A stretch of 63,468 nucleotides of DNA, the filler included, from a bacterium (lineage in GTDB: Bacteria > UBA9089 > CG2-30-40-21 > SBAY01): NCBI GenBank assembly GCA_040757115.1. It is 5 parts of 5 records of this genome, joined end to end, with 100 filler letters (N's around TTAATTAATTAA, not from the genome) between each part and the next. Parts side by side here need not be neighbours in the genome. Positions count along the whole stretch, not along the records: positions 1 to 31,731 come from JBFLYA010000017.1; 4 more parts are not named here. One strand, written 5' to 3'. A program made the translations under genes and the position numbers. The first letter of the stretch is position 1, and each line of letters starts with the position of its first letter. This document shows positions 11,201 through 26,200 of the stretch, piece after piece. The notes under the pieces were generated by a model. That model was not told the DNA's origin, did no database searches, and saw only the letters and a program-made list of their open reading frames with translations.

Positions 11201-14200
11201 TTCAACTTTAGTTACGGCTCAATCCATTCCTGCTACTGCCAGTATCACTATTTCAAATACTGCCCCCAGTCCTCCGAACATCAAAGATACTAATGCAGAC
11301 GACTTACTCAGCGTTGTTGTCACACACACGGGTGATAGTTTAGATGCACCCATAGAACTGGCTACAGTTACAGTTTTATTTACTAAAGATGGGATGGTAA
11401 GTTTAACTACCGCAGAGGCACAAAGCTTAATTTCAGAGGTAGGCATTTATTATAGTGGTACCCGCATTGGTTATACCAGTATTACCAGTAATCCGCAGAC
11501 CATAAATATCTTTACTGGTAATTCCGACCCGCAGATAACTGCAGGTAATTCAAAGACATTCTTAGTGGTTGTGACTTTACAGTCAAGCGCCAGTGGTAAA
11601 GGGACAAGGACATTTGCGGTTTCATTAGGGCAGGCAGGAAATAATGTAGTCATTCAGGATGCTAATACCCAGATTGCTGTGCCTGGAACTTATACCCAGG
11701 TAGCCACTTCTACAGTTATTACTCCAATTCCTATTGACCCGGCTGTATCTGTATATGATTCCGCACCGGGTAGTGCTGGTCATCTTGACCCACCGACGAT
11801 GACGGATGGAGAGAAAGAGGATTTACTGAAATTAGTGGTTACTCATAGTGGGGTATCAGGTGCCGGAACGATTACCTTTGGCACACTCTCATTGAGATTT
11901 TTTGGCACGCAGTCTGCAGGATTGACTGATTCGCAAGTGCAATCACTGGTCAAAACAGTCTATCTGTTCTTAGACAACGGGAATAATAATTATGATAATG
12001 GGGGAGTGGATATAGATGTTGGCAGTTGCACAGAGACAAATGTGGGTAGTTTGACAATATTGGTTTTTGATACTACGAATCCGAATATGCAGTTTGCTGG
12101 TGCTGGCTCGCGGACATATCTGTTAGTGGTTGAATTAACCGGGACTGCAAGTTTTCAGGCAACGAAGACCTTTGGTGTAAAGGTAGATGGTGATACAGAT
12201 GCTAAAATTATGGATACCCGTGATAGCATACTATTGAGTATCGTTCAAGTAAATACAGTTAGCTCAACACTAGTCACTGCAGAGAAACCACTAACCGGAA
12301 CTTCGGCTACGGTAGTAGTAAGCGATGTGCCTGCACCTATCTATTTAAAAGATGGAAATACTGATGATATTTTGAGGTTAGAAATATCACATACCGGGAG
12401 TTCGACTGAAGCAACTTTGGAATTTGCTCGGTTACGGGTAAGGTTTAGTAATGGTGCTCCAACATTTACACCATTGACTACTCAGGAGGCACAGAATTTG
12501 TTTGATACAATCTGGGTTTATCGGGGGACTTATACTGCAGGAGGAGTAAAGATAGCGACGGTTACCTCAGGGAGCATAACCTTAACCAATGGTATCGGTA
12601 CCATTACCTTTACGGATAACGACCAGAATTGCTGGATAGAGCCAGGGGCAACGGCAACATTCTTCGTAGTAACAAATCTAAAAATTAATGCCAGTGGTTA
12701 TAACACACGCACATTTGCCTTCGCCGTGAATGTAAATAACGGTGGGACAGGCACAGATGTTTGTGTAGAAGATGCCAATATGGATAGAGAGGCAGCTATT
12801 GATTCTAATCCTACTTCCGCAACTTCAACCACTACGAAGGCTATTCCTGTTGACCCATCTGGCTCGGTAACCCTTCGGGACATACCTTATGGTTCGATTA
12901 AAGACAGGGCAAGGGATGATATTTTAAGGATAGATATTACACACAATGGCACCTCTACGGCCGAGAAGGTAGAGTTTGCTACGGTGACTGTCCGCTTCAA
13001 GCGGCAGGATACATTGGCTTTATTGAGTAATGCGGATGTGCAGGCATTATTTGGCACCGTGTCACTTTACTGTGATGCAGGTAAAGATGGGAGTTTTTCG
13101 GGTGATGAGATTGTGGGGTCGGCGACTGGTAGTGCGGTAATTAACCCATTGATATTGACACTGATAAAAGGGACATCGACCAGAGTTACTGGTGGTTCTT
13201 ATTCTACATATCTTTTGGTGGTGGAACTTACAGGGACTGCCAGTGGCTATTCTCCAAAGACCGTTCTTGCCTGTGTCAATGAATCTGGTGATATTAAGAT
13301 TGAAGACAGCCGTGATGATATTAACCTTTCAATGAGCCTTAGTCCTGGCACCTCTAATTCTCTAACTGCCGTGCCGATTGACCCAACTGTAACGGCTACT
13401 AATACCAGCCCTTCTATCATTAAGGATGGGCAGAAGGATGATTTAATCAGTATTACCATCCAGAATACCGGTGAGGTATCAGCAGGAAAGGTAGAATTTG
13501 CCACTCTGACTGTATGGTTGGGGAGCAATGCAACTACCTATCTGACTACCACTCAGGCACAAAGTCTATTTAACAATATCTTTGTTTATTATGATTCTGA
13601 TAGCAATGGGGTTTATGGGACAAATACGGATGTCTATGCCATTGGCACGGTAACTAATGCCGGGCTTTCTGCTTTAAATAATGGCACTTTGACCATTGTA
13701 TTGGATACGGCTAACCAGTATAGCAAGGTTTCTGCTGGTTCGTCAAATACATATTTTCTTGTTTTTGAACTGAAAACCACTGCCTCTACTCATACCACCA
13801 AAAGTTTTATGACCAGATTTGGTCCGGAGTCATACACCTGTGTGCGTGATGAAGCCTCTGATATTGGGCTACCGATTGCCAGTGCCAGTCAAGGGACGCA
13901 GTCAAGTATTGTTTGGGCAATTCCAGTTGACCCGAGTGCTACGGTAACCTCAAGTTCCTCGGTTTATCAGAAAGATACTTCGGTAGATGACTTACTCAAG
14001 GTAGTGATTACCAACAATGGTGTTATTGGTGCAGGCAAGATACGGTTTGCCACCTTGACTGTGCGATTTGGCAGTGAAGCCACAACAGGATTTACCAATG
14101 ACCAGGCACAAAGCCTGTTTGAGCGGGTAAATGTTTATTGGGATTCGTCAAATAATGGTTTTTCTCAGGCGGCAGATGATTATTCTGTAGGCACGACAAC

Positions 14201-17200
14201 AGGTAGTTCTGTTTCAGGCACGACGACCATTGTCTTAGCGGATAATTCCAATGCCTGGATAAATGGTGGTGGGACAAAGACATTCTATTTAACCATCAAA
14301 TTAAAACCAGATGCCAGTGGAACTGCCAGCCGAAATTTTGTCGCCAAAGTAAATGCCCAGGCAGGTGAGATAAAGATTGAGGATGTGATATGCGATATTG
14401 GGTTGCCATTAGTAGGAAGCACAGGTGAGGCAACTTCCACTCCAACTAAGGCTCTTCCAGTTGACCCATCAACCACAATCACTCCTTCTGCCCCTGCGAC
14501 CATCAAGGATTTGGCGGAGGATGACTTGTTAAAGATGGTGATAACGCATAACGGTGTGTCAACTGCTGGAAAGATAGAACTTGCTACCGTGACCGTTAGT
14601 TTCTATAGGTCTAATATGTCTTATATGTCTAATACCGACGCCCAAAGCCTCTTTGGCACAGTAAGTATTTATTGGGATAATAACAAGGATGGGGTAGTAG
14701 ATGACCTGGTCAAGATGGCTACCGGCACAGATGTGCTGGCTAACCTGACATTTACTCTTCCAGAAGGGGCTTCTACACAGATACAGGGTGGGACATCTTC
14801 ATGGTATTTCTTACAGGTGGCTTTAAAGAATAATGCCAGTGGTTATGAAGGCACACGAACATTTATGGCCGCAGTCAACGAGACTTCGGATGTAGGCATC
14901 GAGGATATGCGGGAGGATATTCCACTCAGCTTTGGTTTTTCTCCAGGCACTTCCAGTGAGGTCACAGCCATACCAATAAATCCAAAGGTAGAGGTAATTG
15001 ATGTCGCCACGCAAACCTCTACATTGAAGGATGGCACAAATACCGCCTTGCTTAAGGTTATCGTTACCCATCTGGGTGTGGCTACTGCTGGCAAGGTGGA
15101 ATTTAGCACCTTAACTGTGAGATTTTCTGAAGATAGTGCTGGGGCAAATGCGATTACTACCAGTGAGGCACAAAACCTGTTTGGCACAATCAGTGTCTAT
15201 TGGGATGAAGGAAATGATGGTTATGGTGTGGGGATGGATAGATTGATTGGGACACAGTCGCCGGCTAATGTCAGTTCTACAGGGTCTTTAACCTTTGTCT
15301 TCACGGATGGGACGGATTCAACACAAATTGCCGGTGCATCTGCAAGGAGTTATTTCTTAGTTGTAGATATTAAAGCAACGGCAAGTGCAGGTTCAGTAGA
15401 TACATTGGTAGCAAGTATTACCTCAAGTTGGGTTGGGGTTCGGGATGGAACGAGTAATATCAGCCTTTCTTTAGATACTGCTTCTTATGGCTCACGATCT
15501 ACCCTACAATCTATTATTGCTATTGACCCAGAGGTAGAGGTAACTGACAGCACAGCCAGTCCCTGGACATTAAAAGATGGTGCAATAGATGACTTACTTC
15601 AGATAGAGATAAAAAATAATGGCGTAGCAGGTGCAGGGCAGGTAGAATTGGGGACATTAACTGTGGTCTTTGGTAGCCAGACCGGGATGGTATTTAATGC
15701 GAATCAGATGAATTCTTTATTTGGTTCGGTAAGTGTGTATTATGACTCGACTAAGGATGGATTTAGTGAAGCAGACTTTGTAATTGGTAGCACGACTGAT
15801 TTTACTTCCGGTGGGACTTTGACCATTAGTTTTGGGGAAGAGGATAAGGCAGAGATAACTGCGGGCACATCTGGAGTCTATTACTTAGCGGTCAGACTTA
15901 AACAAGATGCCAGTGGCACACAAACACGGAATTTTAAGGCAACTATTGCCCCACTAAGTCAGGGAGATGTAAAGATACGGGATGAATCAACGAATATTGG
16001 TTTAACTTTGACTACCGGTTCTACTTTGGTTGCTTCTTCTACGGTATGCACGGCTATTCCTATTAACCCAATAGCTACGATTTCAGATACTGCCTACTTT
16101 CTCCCACCTTACCCAGGAACAGAAACAGACGATTTCCCACGCCTGATGAATGAAAGTCAACGGGAGGATTTACTCAAGATAGATATAACCAATCCTGGGA
16201 CTCTGACCGCAGGTAAGATAGAATTTGGGACGGTAACGGTTTGGTTTGGTAGTGTGACGACGACTGCAACGGGATTTACCGATGACCAGGCAAAGGCGTT
16301 GTTCGAATATATCTTCATCTGTCGTGATGATGGTGATGGCACATGGACAACTACTGATACAATCATTGCTACTGTGACGAAGACGGCTATTTCTTTGAGT
16401 AGTGGAAGTTTAACTATTGGTTTAACCGATAATGATGAGCGGACATGGGTTAATCCCGGTTCAACAACTACATTTTTCCTGGTTGTAGAGTTGACCTCTA
16501 ATGCCGGCACACAATCACCCAGATGTTTTGTGGCGAAGATTGATAATCCTGGGTCGGATATTATTTTAGAATCGGCTAAAGATGATATTCAACTAAATAT
16601 AATTCCATCAGCGGGCACAACTTCAACTCAGGTGAGGGCAGTAAGGATACCACCACCACCGCAGGTAGATATTACCAGTACTGCCCCAGCACCAAAGATG
16701 AAGGATGGAAGTAAAGATGATATTTTGAAGTTAAAGATAATACATACAGGGGATGACCCTCTAACATATAGCTGGCTGGAGCTGGATAAGGTTACCATTA
16801 AGTTCAGTTCAAATCAAGGCACATTAACTACTGCTGATGCCCAGGCATTATTTAGCGAGATTGCTATCTATCGGGATTTATCCCCTTATGATGAGTTTGG
16901 TGGTGGTGATTATCAATTGCAGAGTGATACCTCCATTGGAGTAGATAACAATGGAGAGGAGGTGTTTACGCTATCTGAATCTCCTTATGTGCGAATAAAG
17001 CCAGGAAGTAGCACTGCCTTAGGTAGTGGCACATTCTTCATCACTATAAAATTAAAGCAGGATGCCAGTGGCATGGGGACAGAAACCTTCTCGGCATACA
17101 TCTCTACGGCTACCACTAAATTAAGGATAGAGGATGCAAATACCGATAATCAGCTTAATATTGGGACGAGTAGCTCACAGATTTCTGCGACTATAACCGC

Positions 17201-20200
17201 AGTGCCTGTAGAGCCGACGGTAATAGTAGAGGATAGCCAGCCACCTATTAAACTAAAGGATGGGACAAAAGATGACCTATTGCGAATTTACCTGCATAAT
17301 AATGGTATAGCTACTGCCGGCAGGGTAGAATTGGCAACCTTGACTGTGCATATCACTACCTCCGGAACAATCACACCGATGGCAAGCCAGACAGCAACTA
17401 TGTTATTTAAGAATATCTTTGTTTATCTGGATAGCGGGGATAATGTCTATGCTACCAACACAGATACCATTGCGGTTGGAACAATCACTAATCAAGATTT
17501 AAGTAATGAATCTATCTTTGCTAACGGGACATTGACCATTGTTTTACCCAATGTAGGCACATATACAGAAGTTTCTGGTGGGGCGACAAAGACCTACTTT
17601 GTGGTGGTAGAATTGAATGAAAATGCCAGTGCAGTAGGTCCGGGGACTGAGAGTTTTGTGGCGACTATCAAGACAATGCAAGATGTTAGTGTGCGTGATG
17701 AGTCAAGTAAACTTCCACTTGATTTAAAAGCTGATTCTTCAGGCACAGTTTCCTCAAGTTTGACTACTGCCGTGCCACTTGACCCCAAGATAGAGGTAAC
17801 CGACATTGTGCCGTTGCAAAACTTGCGAGAAGGAAGTTATATGTTGCGGGATGGTGATGAGAATGCCTTGCTGCGAGTCAAGGTAATTCATACTGGCTCA
17901 TCGACCGCGGGCAGGATTGAACTTGGGACACTAACTATCTGGTTTGGTTCGGAGACGAATACGAATTTAACCAGCACACAACTGGATAAGTTATTTGAGT
18001 ATATCTGTATCCGCAAGGATGGGGATGGTAATGGGACATACAGTAGCAGTCAGGATACGGTTTCTGTTGGGACCCTGACACCTATTGTTTTGACCAATGG
18101 GTATGGCACGATTACCTTTATAGATAATAACAGCAATGCCCAGATTTTACCTGCGAGTTCTTCAACATATTTCTTAGTGGTCAAACTTCGTGGGACAGCC
18201 ACTGCAAACATACCCAAGACATTTGTGGCAAAGATTGGCACGCAAAATGTAGGTTTGCGAGATGAGTCAAGCAACCTACCACTGCCGCTGACCACAGATA
18301 GTTATGGTAGTCAATCGACCATTGTTTATGGCGTGCCGATTGACCCAGTAGTGATAGCCACAAATACGGTTTCATTCACCTATCCCTATCAGATGGATGG
18401 TAGCAGGACGAGTTTGTTGAAGATAGAGATAGGTAACAAGGGGACCTCTGGGGCAGGCTCGATAGAGTTTGCCACATTAACTGTTAGGTTCAGTTATGAC
18501 GGGGCGAATTTACTTACCGATGCCGAGGTAAGGGCGATTTTTGGGACAGTGAGTATTTGGGAGACATCAAGTATGATAACAGAGGTTACAGGCAATCAAA
18601 TTAAGGCTCAGATGAATATTGATTTACCCGAGGTAGCGGCTACCTGGATTTCTGCGGGTGCAACTAAAACCTATTACTTGCAGATAACACTGCTTGGCAC
18701 GGCATCGAGCAAGGCAACACGGACTTATTCTGCGACAGTAAATCCGTTAGCTGGCGATGTGCGCATAGAGGATAAGCCACATGACATTAAACTCTACCTG
18801 GGTGCAGGCAGTTCTGGAGCGGCGACATCTACGACAATGACGGCTATCCCGGTAGAGCCGAGTGGAACTGTCACCTCTACCTCACCTATTCAGATACGGG
18901 ATAAGATGCAGGATGATGTGCTTAAATTGGTCATTACCAACAACGGTCTCTCAGGGGCAGGGACGATTACACTGACTTATCTACGGCTACGATTTTTTGC
19001 TACTTCGACCCTTAATCAACAGCCTATACCACCGATGAGCACCCAGACAGCAGAGGCACTATTTGAGAATGTATTTATTTACAAAGAAACAGTTAATGAT
19101 GGCACATGGACGACTGGTGATACAATCGTGGGGACGGTAAGTGATTTATCTACTTTCCTTGATGCCCAGGGGCAGGGGACTGTAACATTGGCAACTTTAA
19201 CTACCTGGACACCTTCTGCAAGTTCTACTACCTACTTTGTTGTGGTTGAGTTAAAAGGTTCAGCAAGTGCCGTGGCTACAAAGACATTTAGTTTGGCAAT
19301 TGTTTCAAAGGAAGATGCCGCTATCTTTGATACGACCAAAACATCTATCAGATTAAACCTTACTGCTGCCAGCACTGTCGGGACATCAAATAAAACTACG
19401 GCCGTGCCTCAAGACCCACGGATAGAGATTACCAATATTGTGCCGTTGCAAAACTTCCGTCAGGGGAGTTATATGTTGCGGGATGGTGATGAGAATGCCT
19501 TGCTACGGCTTAAGGTTATTCATACCGGCTCATCTACCGCCGGCAAGATTGAACTTGGGACACTAACTATCTGGTTTGGGTCGGAGACGAATACGAGTTT
19601 AACCAGCACACAACTGGATAAGTTATTTGAGTATATCTGTATCCGCAAGGATGGGGATGGAAATGGGACATACAGTGCCAGTCAAGATGGGGTTTCTGTC
19701 GGGACGATGACGGCTGATTTGACCAATGGTTATGGCACGATTACTTTTACGGATGGCGATACAAATGCCCAGATTCCGCCAGCAGTTAATTTAGGTTCTT
19801 GCACCTATTTTCTGGTGGTTAAACTTCGTGGGACAGCCACTGCAAATCTACCCAAGACATTTGTGGCTAAGATTGGCACGCAAAATGTAGGTCTGCGCGA
19901 TGAATCAAGCAACCTACCCCTGCCGCTGACCACAGATAGTTATGGTAGCCAATCGACCATTGTTTATGCCGTGCCAGTTGACCCGGTAGTGATAGCCACA
20001 AATACAGTCTCATTCACCTATCCCTATCAAATGGATGGTAGTAGAACGAGTTTATTGAAGATAGAGATAGGAAACAAAGGGACTTCAGGTGCAGGCTCTA
20101 TAGAATTTGCCACATTAACTGTCAGATTTAGTTATGACGGGGCAAATTTACTTACCGATGATGAGGTCAGGGCGATTTTTGGCACAGTGAGTGTTTGGGG

Positions 20201-23200
20201 GACATCAAGTGTGATAACTGAGGTTTCAGGCAATCAAATTAAGGCTCAAATGAGTATTGATTTACCCGAGGTAGATGCTACCTGGATTTCTGCGGGTGCA
20301 ACTAAAACCTACTACTTGCAGATAACACTGCTTGGCACGGCATCGAGTAAGGCAACACGGACTTATTCTGCGACTGTAAATCCGTTAGCTGGCGATGTGC
20401 GCATAGAGGATAAACCACATGACATTAAACTCTACCTTGGTGCAGGCAGTTCTGGAGCGGCGACATCTACGACAATGACTGCTATTCCGGTAGAGCCAAC
20501 TGGAACTGTAACTTCTACCTCGCCAATTCAGATACGGGACGGGACGCAGGATGATTTACTTAAATTGGTCATTACCAACAACGGCATTTCAGGGGCAGGG
20601 ACGATTACACTGACTTATCTACGGCTACGATTTTTTGCTACTTCGACCCTTAATCAACAGCCCATACCACCGATGAGCACCCAGACAGCAGAGGCACTAT
20701 TTGAGAATGTATTTATTTACAAAGAAACAGTTAATGATGGCACCTGGACGACTGGTGATACAATCGTGGGGACGGTAAGTGATTTATCTACCTTCCTTGA
20801 TGCACAGGGGCAGGGGACTGTAACATTAGCCACTTCAACTACCTGGACACCAGCCGCTTCATCGACCACTTACTTTGTGGTGGTAGAGTTAAAGGGTTCA
20901 TCAAGTGCCGTAGCCACAAAGACATTTAGTCTAGCAATTGTTTCAAAGGAAGATGTTGCTGTCTTTGATACGACCAAAACATCTATCAGATTGAACCTTA
21001 CTGCTGATAGTACCAGCGGGACATCAAGTAAAACTACTGCCGTGCCTCAAGACCCACGGGTAGAGGTAACTGACATTGTGCCGTGGCAAAACTTAAGAGA
21101 GGGGAGTTATATGTTGCGGGATGGTGATGAGAATGCCCTTTTACGAATTAAGATTATCCATACAGGGTCATCTACTGCTGGGAGTATCGAATTTGGGACT
21201 TTAACAGTCTGGTTTGGGTCTGATACCAACACAGCGCTAACAGGCACTCGGTCGAGTGAATTATTTGAGTATGTCCGTATTCATTTAGATGGGGATAATA
21301 GTGGAACATACACCGCAGGCTCAGACCTAATTTCTGTTGGCACTATGCCACTTACCCTAACAAATGGTTATGGGACAATTACCTTTACTGAGACAAATGA
21401 TGTTCAAGTCTCAGGTGCTGGGTCAAAGACTTACTTCCTGGTAGTCAAGTTAAGAGGGATTTCTACCGCTAAATTACCAAAGACATTTTTTGCCAAAATA
21501 GGAACATCATCAGTTGGAATTCGTGATGCAACAAGTAACTTATCCTTACCATTAGACTCAGCCAGCTATGGTAGCCAATCGACCATAGTCTATGCAGTGC
21601 CGGTTGACCCGACCGTTAAGGTTTATAACACGATAAGTGCAAGCAGTCCGTATCAGATAGATGGCACTTTTGAGGATTTACTACGGATAGAAATACAGAA
21701 TAACGGTAGTCCCACGACTGAGGCAATTGAATTTGCCACCTTGACTGTGAAGTTCACGGATAAAGATGGTAATCCAGTAGCCAATTCCACGGCAAAGAAT
21801 TTATTCAAGAATATCTTTATCTACCTTGATAATGGAGATGGCGTGTATAACCAGGGTTCAGATATTGTGCCGATTGGCACGATTACTAACGCTCAATTAT
21901 CATTAGATGCCGCAGGTTACCAGATAATTAACTTTACTGATAATGACTTAAATGCGACTATTGCCAGTAGTACTACGCGGAGTTACTTTTTAGTAATTGA
22001 ATTGCGTGGCACGGCGTCTGGTTATGCCAGCAGGACATACAGCGCTGAGGTTGGAACGGCAAATGTAACTATCAAAGATACTATCCACAACATTAAATTA
22101 TATTTAGACCCGGCGAGTATTGGAGCAAAATCAGGCACTATGACCGCTATCCCGATTAGTGCTACGGTTACTATAACCAATATTATCTGGCGAACAGACC
22201 CACGAATACCAGGGACAGTTACCCCACCGGTGCAAATGACCGAAGGAGAAAAGGACGCCATCTTCTTGATTGAGATAACCAATAATGGTGGTTCTGGTGC
22301 AGGTGCGATTGAATTTGCAACATTGACCGTATGGTTTGGAAGTAATACCATGATGGCATTAACGCAGGCACAGGCCGCGGCTATCTTCGGCACATTCAAT
22401 GTCTATCTTGATGTGGATAATGATGGGACATACAGTTCAGGAATAGATACTGTGCCAATTGGCACCTTCACTCGAACGGAATTTACTGCAGATGGCACAA
22501 TGAGTATCAGATTGCAGGATAATAGTCCTTATGCTACGGTAACTCCAGGGGCGACAAAGAAATATTTCCTTGTCGTAGAATTAGTTGGCACTTCAAGTAG
22601 TGCCACTCCGAATACCTTTGTTGCCAGAGTAGATGCGGATGCAGATTGTTCGATAGAGTCGGCTTATGATGATATTCTTATTAGCGTTGGCTCTACGGAA
22701 GCAACCTATTCTACACAGGTGGTCATTACCGGCACAGCCTCACTACCTAAATTAATCGTTACGCCTATTACGATTAATACCGGTATTGCTGATACCAGGG
22801 ATAAAGAGATTTTAAAACTAACTTTAATCCATCAAGGCGATGCCAATGAGGCGGCAATAGAATTCAGTCAGGTGAATCTCAGATTTACATATTCAGATGG
22901 TAATTTGATGACTACTGACAAGGCACAAAGGCTATTTGACTACATAGCAATTTATTATGATGAGGGTAATAATGGGGTTTATGATAGGGGTGCGGATAGG
23001 AACATAAGTCAGCATTTACCGTCTTCGATGATTAATGGGTCATTGACATTTACCTTTGAAGATGGGTCGTATTCCACGCGGATTAAACCATCAGGTAGTA
23101 GTCTTCCTAATTCAATCAACGCTACTGCTACCTACTTTTTGGTCATAAAGTTAAAGCCAGATGCCAGTGGCACAAGTAATAAGCAGTTCTATGTGAATAT

Positions 23201-26200
23201 AGATACTGATAATGCACGAGTAGAGGATGCGGATACTGATGACAAATTATACCTGGCGATTGAAAGTCAGTCAGGGACATCCACTTTGATTACGCCAGTG
23301 CCAATTGACCCACGAGTAACGGTGATAAATCAAGCCCCTGTTCCAACGATGCGCGACCTGGATATGAACGATATTTTAAGTATTACCTTACATCATTTAG
23401 GCACACCAACTTCAGGTGATGGTTGGTTTGCTACCCTGACTGCTACTTTTAAAGCCTGGCAAGGTCCTCAAGGTACACCTATACCGATGGCAACTGAAAC
23501 ATTCTATGCCTTATTTGGAACGATTAGTGTGTATCTGGATGAGGGAACGCAGACTGAAGGCGGAACATGGACTCTAACTGATACACCTATTTTAACCATC
23601 CCTGCGGCAAATTTTACTACAACAGGAAGTTATACCATTACCTCCGGCGGCACAATGACCATATTTATACCTAAAGGAACGGATACTCGGTTATCACCGG
23701 TTGGCGGTAGTTATCCGGCTACAAGGACTTATTTTCTCGTTGTTTCAATTAAGGACACCGCCAGCGGGCATGGAAGTGATAGTTTTGTCGCCACAATACA
23801 AGAAGCCGGAACGGACACTGATTCGATTAGAGATGTTTTATGCCGTGAGTGGGAAACAGATTCAGCGATGTTGATGTCCTATGGCAGTAGCTCAGCCAGT
23901 CCCGGTTCTGTAACTATTAGTGGCACGATTACCTGCATCCCGGTTGACCCGGAGGTAGTGGTAACCGATACTGTGCCACTTTTGCCTCTGCAATCGCCTG
24001 CCCGAATGCGTGACCTGGTGGATATAGACGATGTCTTGCGGATAATGATTATTAACAAAGGCACACCCACGGCTGGGAAGGTAGAGTTTGGCACAGTGAC
24101 CGTCTGGTTTGGTAGTGATGCCAATACACCGTTGACCTCTGCCCAGGCAAAGGACTTGCTTGGCACAATTACAGTAGTCCGTGATGTAGATGGTAATGGT
24201 TCGTTCACGACGGCAGATGATACGGCTGTTATTGGCACATTAACTGCCAGCCAGATTACTACGGATGGCACCTGGACTATCCCGCTGTTAGAAAATAGTA
24301 GTGCAGTGGTGGAAGCAGGTACACAAAACGCCTTCTTTGTGGTTGTCCAGCTAAAGGATTCTGCCAGCGGGACACAGACCAGGACATTTGTGGCAAGGAT
24401 TGCAACGGCTACACTGATTGAAATACGGGATGAGGCAACTAACTACGCCTTACCAGTAAGTGGCACACCAGCGATCTCAGGTCAGGTAAAAGCTATTCCT
24501 GTTGACCCAACTGGACAAGCCTTTGATACCGCTCCTTTGTGGATGTTTGATAATCAAAAGGATGATTTACTTAGATTGAAGATAACCCATAATGGTGTTC
24601 AACGGGCAGGAACGATTAGTTTTGGGACATTGAGTATCGGATTTTTGAAAGACCCTGCAGTATTTTTATCATTGGCGGATATGCAGGCACTATTTGGGAC
24701 AGCCAGTATATATTGTGATAATGGTGATAATGTGTATGATAGTGCTTTAGATACTACTTCCATAAAGACTATACTTGCAGGAGACTATGGTAGTTCCTTC
24801 TTAGGAGGCACACTTACCTTTGTATTTAGTGATGCGGATGTAAATACGGAAATTGGTGGTGCGGGCTCCAGAACCTACTTTTTGGTTGTAACGATGCTGC
24901 ATGATGCCAGTGGCTATGCCACCAGGACATTTTTGGTGCAAGCAGATATGGACCAGGATGCAAAAGTAGAAGATGATAGAGATAACATACGCTTGAATTT
25001 AATAGCTACTCCATTAATCACATCAACACAGGTTATCCTTATCTTACCTGAAAATCCGACGGTATATGGTTCGGATACAGCACCCTCTACCCCAGCTACA
25101 ATGGAAGAAGGGGAAAAGAATGATTTGTTAACCATCCAGATTAAACATAACGGCACACCTGAAGCAAGACCGATTGAATTTGGCACATTGAGTTTGCATT
25201 GGACACGGGATGGTGGCGTAACACCACTTACTGATGCTCAGGCACAACGATTGTTTAAGAATATCTTTATCTATCGTGATGTGAATGATAATAAGGTATA
25301 TGAACCGTTGATAGATACAGTGGCTATAGGCACGGTGACTTCAGGGAGTATTACATTAACTAATGGGTCGATGACTATTGTTATGGCAGATTATTCAGTA
25401 GGGGGAACATACACAAGTTGGGTATCAGCAGGGTCAAAGACGGCATTTTTTGTAGTGGTAGAGTTGACCGATGATGCTCGAGGTGCACCGGTAACTACCT
25501 TTGATGTTGAGGTTTATGGTTCAACATCATTTGTAGGGACAGATACTACGGTGGGTATTCGGGATTCAGAGGCAAATGTGCCACTTTATATCTATTCTTC
25601 AGGACTACCCGTCAGGTCAAAGACGGTAAGTGTCTATGAAATTCCTGAAGCAATAACCATTATCTATCCTCATAGTGATGAGGTAATTGTTGGCACTATA
25701 ACTGCTGATGCAGTGGCTTATGGTGATGCGGATAAGGTGTATTTCTGGGTTGAACAGATAGGAACTACTACCTACTGGAATCTACAAGGTAGTAGTGGTT
25801 CGAAGACAATAGATAGTTATCGTGCAGATGGTTGGAATGCATATTGGACTACAAAGGCATTTTCAGATGGCACTTGGACACTCTGCGTAGAGTCATTCAA
25901 TCAGTATAATTCCTCAATGGCAACCGATTCTGTGAGGATATTCATTGATAATACCCCGCCAGTAGGCACAATTACCATAGAAGCAGGTGCAACTTATACC
26001 ACTACACAAGATGTGATATTAACACTTACCTATTACGATAATATTGCGGGTGTGGATTTGGTGAGATATGGGACAGATGGCACGAACTGGCTGGAATGGG
26101 AATCACCAACTTTGACAAAGATTTGGACACTATCGGCAGTTGAACGCACTCATACTATCTGGTATCAACAAAAGGATAAGGTAGGCAATATCGGCACAAA

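Noticed and set aside
17769-21680. Diversity-generating retroelement template/variable repeat pair (also considered for 57294-58798)
   Set aside because: Both copies are in-frame tandem coding domains, differences are not obviously confined to adenines, and no reverse transcriptase is in the window.
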